From Bacteroidota bacterium (lineage in GTDB: Bacteria > Bacteroidota > Bacteroidia > Chitinophagales > Chitinophagaceae), in assembly GCA_016868775.1 (NCBI GenBank), contig VGFT01000002.1, positions 195,830-259,829 of the forward strand: a DNA stretch of 64,000 nt, in the 5' to 3' direction. Made by a program: the position numbers and the translations under genes. Of this stretch, positions 19,057 to 27,803 are shown piece after piece. Numbering within the stretch: position 1 is the stretch's first letter; every line of letters begins with the position of its first letter. A model generated the notes under the pieces. That model was not told the origin of the DNA. It saw nothing but the letters and a program-made list of their open reading frames with translations, and did no database searches.

Positions 19057-19986
19057 ATGGCACTCTTTCCCGCTTTTTTACGATTGATTCGATGGCCCAA
19101 CCTGATCTTTATCGCCGTCACCCAATGGCTGGTGTACACGTGCCTGTACCAACCTTTGATCGCGCCTTCCCTTTCCGTTTATAATGGAAATCTGATTCTC
19201 TGGATCCTGGCCTCAGTCTTCATCGCCGCCGCCGGATACGTGATCAATGATTATTTTGACATCAACATCGATGAGGTAAATCGGCCGGACCGACAGGTGG
19301 TAGACAAGATCATATGCCGACGATGGGCCATGCTCTGGCACCTGATCCTGAGTGTACTTGGGCTGGCCCTGACGGCCCTGGCAGTGAATTGGAGCGCGCA
19401 TGCCTACCTGTTTTTTGCGAACCTGGGATGCGTCTTCGCCCTTTGGTTTTATTCTACCCGGCTGAAAAAAACGTTGCTGATTGGAAACATCTTGATTGCG
19501 CTGCTGACCAGTTGGACGATCTGGGTGATTTATTTGTCGCGCTTCAGTTCGGTAGAACTCTTCGATCATCCTGATGAGGCACAACAGAAGTTCACGCGTA
19601 TAGTTATTCAATATGCTAGCTTTTCGTTTGTCATTACCCTCATCCGCGAGGCCGTAAAAGACATGGAAGACCGAATCGGAGATGCCAAAGCCGGATGCCG
19701 TACGATGCCGATCGTATGGGGATTTCCGGCTGCTAAAGTTTATACGGGCGTGTGGTCCGTTGTACTGCTGGGAAGTTTGATGGTCGTACACACCTATGTA
19801 TTGCCCTTCGGATGGTGGTTCGCTTCTTTATATGCACTCATCACGCTTATATCTCCGCTGGTCATCTTCCTCTCAAAATTAATCTCTGCGAATCAACCGG
19901 CTGATTTTACTGAATTGAGCCGCATCCTAAAATGGGTGATGCTCTCCGGTATTTTATCTCTCATCTTTTTTTACATCCTGTTATGA
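19057..19986 (+). CDS. UbiA-family prenyltransferase (DGGGP-synthase-like)
   Basis: 'LIRWPNL', 'GYVINDYFDINIDEVNRP', 'REAVKDMEDRIGD'; multiple TM segments. Confidence 0.88.
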   Translation: MALFPAFLRLIRWPNLIFIAVTQWLVYTCLYQPLIAPSLSVYNGNLILWILASVFIAAAGYVINDYFDINIDEVNRPDRQVVDKIICRRWAMLWHLILSVLGLALTALAVNWSAHAYLFFANLGCVFALWFYSTRLKKTLLIGNILIALLTSWTIWVIYLSRFSSVELFDHPDEAQQKFTRIVIQYASFSFVITLIREAVKDMEDRIGDAKAGCRTMPIVWGFPAAKVYTGVWSVVLLGSLMVVHTYVLPFGWWFASLYALITLISPLVIFLSKLISANQPADFTELSRILKWVMLSGILSLIFFYILL

Positions 19987-20552
19987 CCCCGATCCTGCTG
20001 GCCTCCGGTTCGCCCCGACGAAAACAGCTCTTAGAATGGGCGGAGATCCCGTTTCGGGTACATGTGTCAAACACGCCGGAAGATTTTCCACCCGAATTGA
20101 CGGTGGAGGAGATTCCGGTATTCATTGCTCGAAAAAAAGCAGTCGCCGTACAAACTGAAACGGCCACCGATGAGATCGTGCTCGCAGCCGATACCATCGT
20201 CGTTTTGGGCGAACACATGCTTGGAAAACCCGTACACCGCGAAGAAGCCATTAGCATGCTGCTGGCATTGCAAGGCACTCGTCATGAAGTCATCACAGGG
20301 GTGGTCCTGCGACAAAACGAAAGAGAATTATCTTTCTTCGATCGAACCCAAGTCGATTTTCACCCGCTCACTGAAACCGAGATCGAACATTATGTCGATC
20401 AGTACAAACCCTATGATAAAGCCGGTGCCTATGCTATCCAAGAATGGATCGGAGTCGTAGGCATAAGATCGGTGGAGGGTGATTTTTATAATGTAATGGG
20501 ACTTCCCGTCAGCCGAGTAGTCAGCGCCTTGAAAGAATTTTCTCGTTTTTAA
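19983..20552 (+). CDS. maf: Maf family nucleoside triphosphate pyrophosphatase
   Basis: 'LLASGSPRRKQLL', 'LAADTIV', 'DKAGAYAIQ', 'NVMGLP'. Confidence 0.95.
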   Translation: MTPILLASGSPRRKQLLEWAEIPFRVHVSNTPEDFPPELTVEEIPVFIARKKAVAVQTETATDEIVLAADTIVVLGEHMLGKPVHREEAISMLLALQGTRHEVITGVVLRQNERELSFFDRTQVDFHPLTETEIEHYVDQYKPYDKAGAYAIQEWIGVVGIRSVEGDFYNVMGLPVSRVVSALKEFSRF

Positions 20553-20611
20553 GTGTTGATTTTCCCCGGGATAATTCAATGGGCCTGAATAGGTTTGTTT
20601 TTTTTATTCCC

Positions 20612-21802
20612 ATGCGATAAAGATGGTTGCAGTCCCTTTGGGGAAAACAAGATTGGAATGGCTGGCCGCTTCATACCTATCAGGGACAGTCGATTCGCGT
20701 CCTACATCCGGGTAAATGGAACAACGACCAAGGCCCCGATTTTATTGGGGCGCAGATCTTTATTGATCAGGTGCTCTGGGTCGGCTGTGTAGAGATACAT
20801 GTGCAAACGGCAGATTGGTTTCGTCATCATCATGCCGATCCCAATTATTCCCCCGTTATCCTGCACGTGGTTTGGATGCAAGTTCCCTTGCATCCGGATA
20901 TTCCCACGTTGGAACTCTCTCGTTACCTGACCATCCCTATACTCAAACAAACATTGATCCACCTGGGTGATATCAATGAACTCGCCTGCCATAAAGTGAT
21001 GAAACCTGTACGGAGTGAAGCATGGGTTGTCTGGCGCAGTCATTTGCTCTCGATCCGTCAACATCGAAAAATGAGTCAATTGTGTAGCGGGGTCACCTCG
21101 TTTCGCCGTGCCCTGGCAAGGCAACTGGGCGCCTGGGTGAACCGGGAGGTATTTGAAAGCATCGATGCATCGATTTCCGAGGAATTGCTGGAGTCGGTTC
21201 GGGACAATCCGGCCGATCTTACTTCTCTATATCTGGGTCAGACCGGGTTGCTGGATGGCGGACTTACGGAAGAATACCTGCTGGATTTGCAAGCACGGTA
21301 TCAGCAGATCCGGCAAAGACATGCTCTTAATCCCCCATACAGAAGCTTGCTCTGGATGCGGATCCGTCCGGCAGCTGCGCCTATGATTCGCTTGGCACAG
21401 CTAGCCACTCTAATACATGAGGGTTGGCACGAACCGAATCGCTGGGCGCACGACTCATTCTTACAAATTGTCTCGCAGTGGAGGCACACGAAAATGGACG
21501 AATATTGATGCAGGGGAGAAACATCCTTTTTCAGTTCTCAACTGATCGAGAACTTGTTGATTAATCTTTGGTCCTACCAACCCGGACGATCTTTATCCGA
21601 AACCGAACAAGCGCTCCATTCTTTTTCGTTTGAAGACAACCGAATCACCCGGCTTTATGTGGGGTTAGAACTCACCAGCCCAACTGCAGCCGATTCACAA
21701 GCCCTGTTGGAACTGATTCAGTCGTATTGTCAATCCGCCCGGTGTAAAGACTGCTCGCTAGCCAAGTGCTGGATTCAGGACCAAATACCCCAGTCGACCT
21801 GA
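20612..21802 (+). pseudogene. DUF2851 family protein with two in-frame stops (TAA 20618-20620; TGA 21506-21508)
   Basis: One frame throughout: MR*RWLQSLW...PGKWNNDQGPDF...GCVEIH...WFRHHHADPNYSPVILHVV...DEY*CRG...LLINLWSY...ADSQALLEL...YCQSARCKDC. The motifs match DUF2851. Confidence 0.75.
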
Positions 21803-22188
21803 ACCTGGATATCGGGATGAAGGCTGTGCCTAACCGGACAGGTATCTCCAATTTTCTTTAGGAGTTCAATGGTCTTTGGCTCGATATTTTGCAATGCTTC
21901 TGGGATCTCAAAGGTTAATTCGATTCCCTGGATCCGTCGGGGATTGGATGCCATGGTTTTTCGCACGCCCACCTGAATCCCCTCCAGATCAAAACCCATC
22001 GACCTGGCTTTGATGCCCATGACCGTAAGCATGCAGCTGGCTAAACTGGTAGCCGTCAGGTCGGTAGGGGAGAACCGTTCCCCTTTTCCGTGATTATCGG
22101 TAGGGGCATCGGTTTCCAAGACCGATTGACTGGCAGAGTGGGTACAAAGCATACGCAATTGCCCTTTGTATTCAACCTTAGAAGTCAT
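21775..22188 (-). CDS. OsmC family protein
   Basis: 'TDAPTDNHGKGERFSPTDL...SLASCMLT' and 'TCPVRHSL'. Confidence 0.92.
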   Translation of the reverse strand: MTSKVEYKGQLRMLCTHSASQSVLETDAPTDNHGKGERFSPTDLTATSLASCMLTVMGIKARSMGFDLEGIQVGVRKTMASNPRRIQGIELTFEIPEALQNIEPKTIELLKKIGDTCPVRHSLHPDIQVQVDWGIWS

Positions 22189-22200
22189 GAGCTGGTTTTT

Positions 22201-22212
22201 TGTAAATTTACA
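22201..22212. promoter_or_regulatory. Perfect palindrome TGTAAATTTACA: candidate shared -7 box for divergent osmC and the hypothetical gene
   Basis: It reads TAAATTTA (TAnnTTTR-like) on both strands within a 39-nt head-to-head spacer. Confidence 0.55.
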
Positions 22213-22227
22213 GCTGATCCCCTGCAT

Positions 22228-23025
22228 ATGCGTATTACCTCGTTACTCCTATTCGTGTTTTTTGGTTTGTGTTCGTCCACATGGGCCCAAAAACCCCTCA
22301 CCAAGCAGGAAGAGCGAAAACAACGCATCAACCAACTCATCCGTCAGGCTGAGGAAGGAACCTTGGTGTATAATCACCATCATATTTTCGGGATCCAGGT
22401 GCGCAGTTTGGGTTATGGGATGTTCTATGAATATGGGCGAATGAAAAATCCACGTAAAACCAACATTTTTCGGCTCGATCTCACCGAGATCAAGGATCGA
22501 AAAGAGGATAAGGTCCAAAACACCGCCAACGGATTTATCTTTTTTGGGAATCCGTACATATATGGAAAGGTCAATAATTTTTATCAAGCCAATCTCGGTT
22601 TCGGGCAGCAAGTGGTACACGGACAAAAGGGAAATAAGAACGGTGTGTCGGTAACGGGGGTGTATTCCGGCGGATTGGCCCTTGGATTGCTTCGTCCCTA
22701 TTACCTTCAAATCATCGATCCGGTAATCAATCAGGAGAAATTCATCAAGTACTCGGCAGCCGACAGTGCTTTGTTTTTAGGAAATACCATCTTGGGAGGA
22801 GGGGGACTTAGCAAAGGATGGAATGAGATGAAGTTTCGTCCCGGACTCTTTGCCCGCACCGCCCTCCGGTTCGATTATGGCCGTTTTAATGAAGCTGTTT
22901 CCGGTATCGAATTGGGTGTAACCGCAGAGTACTATACCCAGAAAATTTCTATCATCGCCGGTCCGCACGACCGCCAATTCTTCTTCCAAGGCTATATTGC
23001 CCTACTGTTTGGCAGACGGAAATAA
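22228..23025 (+). CDS. Conserved hypothetical secreted / outer-membrane protein
   Basis: N-terminal signal peptide (MRITSLLLFVFFGLCSSTWAQ); alternating beta-strand-like segments; C-terminal 'FFQGYIALLFG'. Confidence 0.65.
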   Translation: MRITSLLLFVFFGLCSSTWAQKPLTKQEERKQRINQLIRQAEEGTLVYNHHHIFGIQVRSLGYGMFYEYGRMKNPRKTNIFRLDLTEIKDRKEDKVQNTANGFIFFGNPYIYGKVNNFYQANLGFGQQVVHGQKGNKNGVSVTGVYSGGLALGLLRPYYLQIIDPVINQEKFIKYSAADSALFLGNTILGGGGLSKGWNEMKFRPGLFARTALRFDYGRFNEAVSGIELGVTAEYYTQKISIIAGPHDRQFFFQGYIALLFGRRK

Positions 23026-23043
23026 GCGAGTTAATTTCGCATC

Positions 23044-23961
23044 ATGACCGAGCTACCCGTCGAACCCGCCGAATCTCCCAGAAATAAAAAACCGGATTGG
23101 CTTCGTGTAAAACTTCCCATCGGGGAGAATTACAAACACGTGCGGGGGTTAGTTGATACCCACAAACTCCATACGATTTGTGAGAGCGGAAATTGTCCAA
23201 ATATGGGCGAATGCTGGGGTGCCGGTACGGCTACCTTTATGATCCTTGGGAACATCTGTACACGGAGTTGCGGCTTTTGTTCGGTGGCAACTGGCCGCCC
23301 ACTGGCTGTTGATTGGGATGAGCCCCAACGCGTGGCAGAAGCCATTCACCTGATGAAAGTCAAACACGCGGTGATCACTTCGGTTGACCGGGATGAACTC
23401 CCCGACGGCGGATCCACGGTTTGGCACAACACCATTCGCGCGGTCAAACAACTCAACCCCGATACTACCCTCGAAACCCTGATCCCCGATTTCAAAGGAA
23501 AGAAAGAAGATATCCAACGCATCATCGAAGCGGCGCCTGAAGTCGTCTCACATAACATCGAAACCGTTGAGCGGCTGACTCGACAGGTTCGTATACAGGC
23601 CAAGTACTGGCGCAGTATGGAAGTGATCCGCACCCTCAAAGAAGGAGGCATGCGCACAAAGAGTGGGGTCATGCTCGGACTGGGCGAAGCGTCAGAAGAA
23701 GTACAGCAAACACTGCGCGACCTTAAAGAAAATGGTTGTGATGTGGTTACGATCGGACAGTACCTGCAACCCACTAAAAAACATTTACCGGTGCACCGGT
23801 TTGTGCATCCGGATGAATTTGCTTTTTACCGCGACTATGGTTATGAGATCGGACTGGATTATGTGGAAAGTGGTCCGCTGGTACGCTCTTCTTACCACAG
23901 CGAAAAACACGTGATTCCGAACTATGGTCGCGATCAGTGGCTCGCTCAAAAACAATCCTGA
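23044..23961 (+). CDS. lipA: Lipoyl synthase
   Basis: '[10 protein letters not shown]', '[12 protein letters not shown]', 'CTRSCGFC', 'VRSSYH'. Confidence 0.97.
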   Translation: MTELPVEPAESPRNKKPDWLRVKLPIGENYKHVRGLVDTHKLHTICESGNCPNMGECWGAGTATFMILGNICTRSCGFCSVATGRPLAVDWDEPQRVAEAIHLMKVKHAVITSVDRDELPDGGSTVWHNTIRAVKQLNPDTTLETLIPDFKGKKEDIQRIIEAAPEVVSHNIETVERLTRQVRIQAKYWRSMEVIRTLKEGGMRTKSGVMLGLGEASEEVQQTLRDLKENGCDVVTIGQYLQPTKKHLPVHRFVHPDEFAFYRDYGYEIGLDYVESGPLVRSSYHSEKHVIPNYGRDQWLAQKQS

Positions 23962-23962
23962 T

Positions 23963-24907
23963 TTGAAAAAGCTCCTCTTTATTTTGATTGCTCTCCCATT
24001 GATCGGCCATGCGCAGTGGAACTGGCAATTGGTCAATGCCCACTATGGAGAGCTGCCCCCATCGGTAGAGGTGTATCGCACGAACGATTCAATCGCCGGA
24101 AAACCCAACATCGCTTATTATGTGAAAGCCAATCTCTCGGATGCGATCTTGGAATTTAGGTCCGACACGACTTACAAACGTCGCTTTACACCCGATCAGT
24201 TTTACCAAAAGCTATCCGCCCCCTTAGTGATCCTGAATACCAGCTTCTTTTCGTTTACGACGCATCAGAACTTGAATATGATGATGGATCAAGGAAAGAT
24301 GACTGCTTACAACTTTCATACGATTCCTGGGAAAGGCAAAGACACCTTGAAATACCGACATCCGCTCGTGGCCACGCTGGGGATCTCCCCAAAAGGCATG
24401 GCCGATGTAGCCTGGACCTTTACAGACTCAACCAAATCCGTTCCCTGGGCCAGCCAAACACCCATGCCACTTATCCTTAATGAATCCATTCGGTTTACCC
24501 ACCGCGAGGTAATGGCACCTCTGGAAAAATGGAAGATGCAAACAGCGGTTTCAGGCGGACCGGTACTGGTTCAAAATGGTCAAGTACAGGTCACCAACAA
24601 CGAGGAGTGGAAATTTGCAGGCAAGGCGATCGATGATCGTCACCCTCGTTCCGCCATGGGTTACACCGCTGATGGTCAGTTAATCCTGCTGGTTATCGAA
24701 GGAAGATATCCCGGCAAAGCAGAAGGGGCCACGCTGACACAAACAGCCGAGATGCTGGCTTCGCTGGGTTGTGTCGAAGGGTTGAATTTGGACGGTGGTG
24801 GAAGCAGTTGCATGCTGGTAAATGGGAAAGAGACCATCCAGCCCTCCGATAAAGAAGGCCAGCGGGCCGTCCCCGGAGTATTCTATATCCGCCGTAAAAA
24901 AAATTGA
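23963..24907 (+). CDS. Phosphodiester glycosidase (NAGPA-like) family protein, secreted
   Basis: Signal peptide; 'AVSGGPVLV', 'RHPRSAMG', 'EGAT', 'LNLDGGGSS'. TTG start assumed. Confidence 0.85.
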   Translation: MKKLLFILIALPLIGHAQWNWQLVNAHYGELPPSVEVYRTNDSIAGKPNIAYYVKANLSDAILEFRSDTTYKRRFTPDQFYQKLSAPLVILNTSFFSFTTHQNLNMMMDQGKMTAYNFHTIPGKGKDTLKYRHPLVATLGISPKGMADVAWTFTDSTKSVPWASQTPMPLILNESIRFTHREVMAPLEKWKMQTAVSGGPVLVQNGQVQVTNNEEWKFAGKAIDDRHPRSAMGYTADGQLILLVIEGRYPGKAEGATLTQTAEMLASLGCVEGLNLDGGGSSCMLVNGKETIQPSDKEGQRAVPGVFYIRRKKN

Positions 24908-25864
24908 TCAGGCTTCCCAGATCAGTGCACTGGCACCCAGGATCGCGGCATCGGCTTCTTTCAGCTCACTGAACATCAACTTCACCTTATTCTTGAATAC
25001 TTGCACCAGGTTCGCTTCCATCGCCTGACGCGTAGGATTTAGGATCATATCTCCGGCTTTCGTTACACCGCCAAATAGAACGATCCCCTCGGGAGAGGAG
25101 AACATCACGAAATTGGCCAAGGCCTCTCCCAACAATTGTCCGGTAAAAGCGAAGACTTCCTGTGCGATCTTGTCGCCCTTCACGGCGGCATCGAAGACGG
25201 ACTGACTGGTGATATCCTCCGGCTTTAACTCCCGCATCAGACTGGGTGTATCGGATTGATTGGCCAACATTTCCAGTGCGGTTTCCCGCATACCGGTTGC
25301 AGAGGCATAGGCTTCCAGCGGACCCCGAATACCGGTTCCTTTGTGTAGTCGACCGCCCGGTCGAATAATAGTATGTCCCAACTCTCCGGCAAAGCCGTCG
25401 TGCCCGAGCACAATTTTTCCATCGATCACAATGCCACTACCCACGCCGGTACCCAAGGTGATGGTAATAAAATGTTTCATTCCCCGAGCGGCACCATACA
25501 TCATTTCTCCCATTGCTGCTGCATTGGCATCGTTGGTGAGTTTGACCCGCATTCCAAACCGATCGGATATCATGCTGGCAAACGGAATGATGCCCCGCCA
25601 TTTCAAGTTTGCGGCATACTCGATGTTGCCCGTATAGAAATTTCCGTTTGGGGCACCCACTCCGATGCCGGCGAATTTTTCTTTTCCGCCGGCCCGCTCA
25701 ATCATGGGTTTGATCTTCGTGAAAAGATCCTCGATAAAATCCTGGGGAGTGGACTTATCGTTTGTTAGGGTTCGGCCCTGCTCCAGGATGTGTCCGTTGC
25801 GGTCAACCACCCCAAACTTGGTGTTGGTGCCGCCGATGTCGATACCAATTGCGAGATCTGCCAT
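24908..25864 (-). CDS. ROK family sugar kinase (glucokinase-like)
   Basis: 'GIDIGGTN', 'GVGAPNG', 'NDANAAA', 'ITLGTGVGSG', 'AGELGH'. Confidence 0.93.
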   Translation of the reverse strand: MADLAIGIDIGGTNTKFGVVDRNGHILEQGRTLTNDKSTPQDFIEDLFTKIKPMIERAGGKEKFAGIGVGAPNGNFYTGNIEYAANLKWRGIIPFASMISDRFGMRVKLTNDANAAAMGEMMYGAARGMKHFITITLGTGVGSGIVIDGKIVLGHDGFAGELGHTIIRPGGRLHKGTGIRGPLEAYASATGMRETALEMLANQSDTPSLMRELKPEDITSQSVFDAAVKGDKIAQEVFAFTGQLLGEALANFVMFSSPEGIVLFGGVTKAGDMILNPTRQAMEANLVQVFKNKVKLMFSELKEADAAILGASALIWEA

Positions 25865-25891
25865 GCTGTTGTTTCTTTCTTTCTTTTCGAA

Positions 25892-27700
25892 TTAATGTCC
25901 ACCACTCGTGCTGGCCGATTCATAATCAATCCCTTGCTTTTGCAAGATCCCTTTCACCAAGTATGCGAAAAGTGCCAGGTAAGCAAAGCAGAGGATCGCG
26001 ATGAAAAAGGATTGATGAATACCAATGATATCGGCGAATTTACCCTGCACCGGCGGGATGACGGCACCCCCGAGAATCATCATGATCAGAAAAGCAGATC
26101 CTTGCGTGGTGTATTTGCCCAGTCCGGCTACGGAAAGCGCAAAGATCGACGGCCACATGATGGAGCAGGCCAGTCCGCCACTCAAGAATGCATAGATGGA
26201 AACGGTTCCGGCAGTGAGTATTCCCACCGTCATCGCCACCACGCCAAACAAACTAAAGAGGAGCAAGGTGCGAGCGGGATTGCTGCAGCTGAGGAAGAAG
26301 GTTCCGATCTGCAGCAGTACGCATACGATATACCAGTAGAGAATTTGAATGTCGTGCCCCGCAAGTTTGGTCAGCAGCAAAACCACTCCAAAGGCAACGA
26401 GAGGCGTAATGAAGGTGAACAATCTTTTACGGTCCTCACTGAGGTTAAAGGCACCCACGGCGCCGGCCCAGCGACCGATCATCAGACTTCCCCAATACAT
26501 CGCGATGAAGGGGGCGATCTCGGACGATTTATAGCTTCCGAACGCTGGTTGTTTCAATAACTCCCCCAAGTTGCTTCCGATGGCAACTTCTACCCCCACA
26601 TACACGAAGATTCCCAGCATGCCCAACACCAATTGTGGGTATTGCATGGCGCCCCAGCCTTCTTTTTGTTTTGATGCGATGCTGTTGCACAGCGGTAGTC
26701 CGATTACGATCACCGCCAGGGCGAGTAGGAGCCAGGTCAGTCGCTGGCGTTCCAGCGGACCTTTGATGGCACCGATCTCATCGCTTTGACGGCTAAAGGT
26801 TTTTTTTATGTCCTCGATCTTGGTATAGATGGCGGCTCGGTCTGCCCCGGTCTGTTTGAGGGCTTCGCATTCCAGTTGATTGATCTCGGCCTTTTTCTCT
26901 TTGTAAATGGCTTCGATCTGCTCGATCTTTTGTACCCCTTCGGAGCGGTAGGAAGAAAAGACGGGAATGAATGTAATGATCAGCAGCCCGGTTATGATCA
27001 ACATGGCCCGGAAAGCACGACTAGCTTTTTCCGGTTTTTCCGGATTGATGCCTGCGGGCACTTTTTTGCTGGTTCCAAACAACGTTGCAGCTGCAACAAA
27101 CAGAATCCCCACAAAAATATACAGACCGATCACCTTGCTCAGCGGCAGATGTTGAATCTCATAATCACAAACTGAGCTGGCGCTACCAAACAGGGCCAGG
27201 GCAACAACCAGGGGGCCAATGGTGGTACCCAGCGAGTTTACGCCGCCCCCCAGATTTACACGCGTATCACCTGTTGCGGGATCGCCCAGTGAAATGGCAA
27301 AGGGCTGTGCACCGGTTTGTTGGATCGAAAAACCAAGTGCCACGATGAACAGTCCAATAAGCATTCCAATAAAAGTGTTGCCGTTCACGGCCAGGATCAT
27401 GGCTCCGGCGCCGAGAGCGGAGAAGAGCAGTCCATAGATGATGCTTTTCTTATAACCCCATTTGCCGACCAGGTCTTGTCCGCCGAATATTCCATAGGCA
27501 AACAAGAACAATGCTCCGATATAATAGGCCAAGTAGAAAGCAAAATCGATCAACTGGCTTTGGAATTGGTCGAGGTGGAAATAATTTTTACAAAAGGGAA
27601 TGAAGACCGAGTTGCCGGCGGCAATGAATCCCCAGAAGAAGAAAACGGTGACCAGGGTGCTGAGGGCCCCGTAGTTGGTGGGTTGTTTGGGTTGGCTCAT
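25892..27700 (-). CDS. FucP/GluP-type MFS sugar:H+ symporter with two extra TMs and a coiled-coil insertion
   Basis: 'VFFFWGF', 'GIFVYVGVEV', 'GLACSIMWPSIF', 'MMILGGAVIP' FHS motifs. Confidence 0.88.
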   Translation of the reverse strand: MSQPKQPTNYGALSTLVTVFFFWGFIAAGNSVFIPFCKNYFHLDQFQSQLIDFAFYLAYYIGALFLFAYGIFGGQDLVGKWGYKKSIIYGLLFSALGAGAMILAVNGNTFIGMLIGLFIVALGFSIQQTGAQPFAISLGDPATGDTRVNLGGGVNSLGTTIGPLVVALALFGSASSVCDYEIQHLPLSKVIGLYIFVGILFVAAATLFGTSKKVPAGINPEKPEKASRAFRAMLIITGLLIITFIPVFSSYRSEGVQKIEQIEAIYKEKKAEINQLECEALKQTGADRAAIYTKIEDIKKTFSRQSDEIGAIKGPLERQRLTWLLLALAVIVIGLPLCNSIASKQKEGWGAMQYPQLVLGMLGIFVYVGVEVAIGSNLGELLKQPAFGSYKSSEIAPFIAMYWGSLMIGRWAGAVGAFNLSEDRKRLFTFITPLVAFGVVLLLTKLAGHDIQILYWYIVCVLLQIGTFFLSCSNPARTLLLFSLFGVVAMTVGILTAGTVSIYAFLSGGLACSIMWPSIFALSVAGLGKYTTQGSAFLIMMILGGAVIPPVQGKFADIIGIHQSFFIAILCFAYLALFAYLVKGILQKQGIDYESASTSGGH

Positions 27701-27803
27701 GGAGCGGACGTTTGGTTGGTAGGTGGACAAAATAGGAAAAAAATCCCATGCCCTTCATGGAGCTGGATGTTTTCATCAGTTTGTTTATATTTATTTGTAA
27801 TTT

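Noticed and set aside
1907-21508. Stop-codon reassignment to explain the in-frame TAG, TAA and TGA
   Set aside because: All three codon types occur among the lesions, and each ends intact genes elsewhere (TAG: epimerase, folB; TGA: ubiD, dnaK; TAA: rplT). TGG is used normally.
21506-21545. Selenocysteine readthrough at the DUF2851 TGA
   Set aside because: Only a weak GU-rich hairpin follows, the position looks like a Trp site, and the gene has a second (TAA) stop.
27766-27777. GATGTTTTCATC palindrome as a sugar-regulator operator between the permease and glgA
   Set aside because: Only 4-bp arms, a single copy and no regulator nearby; compatible with chance.
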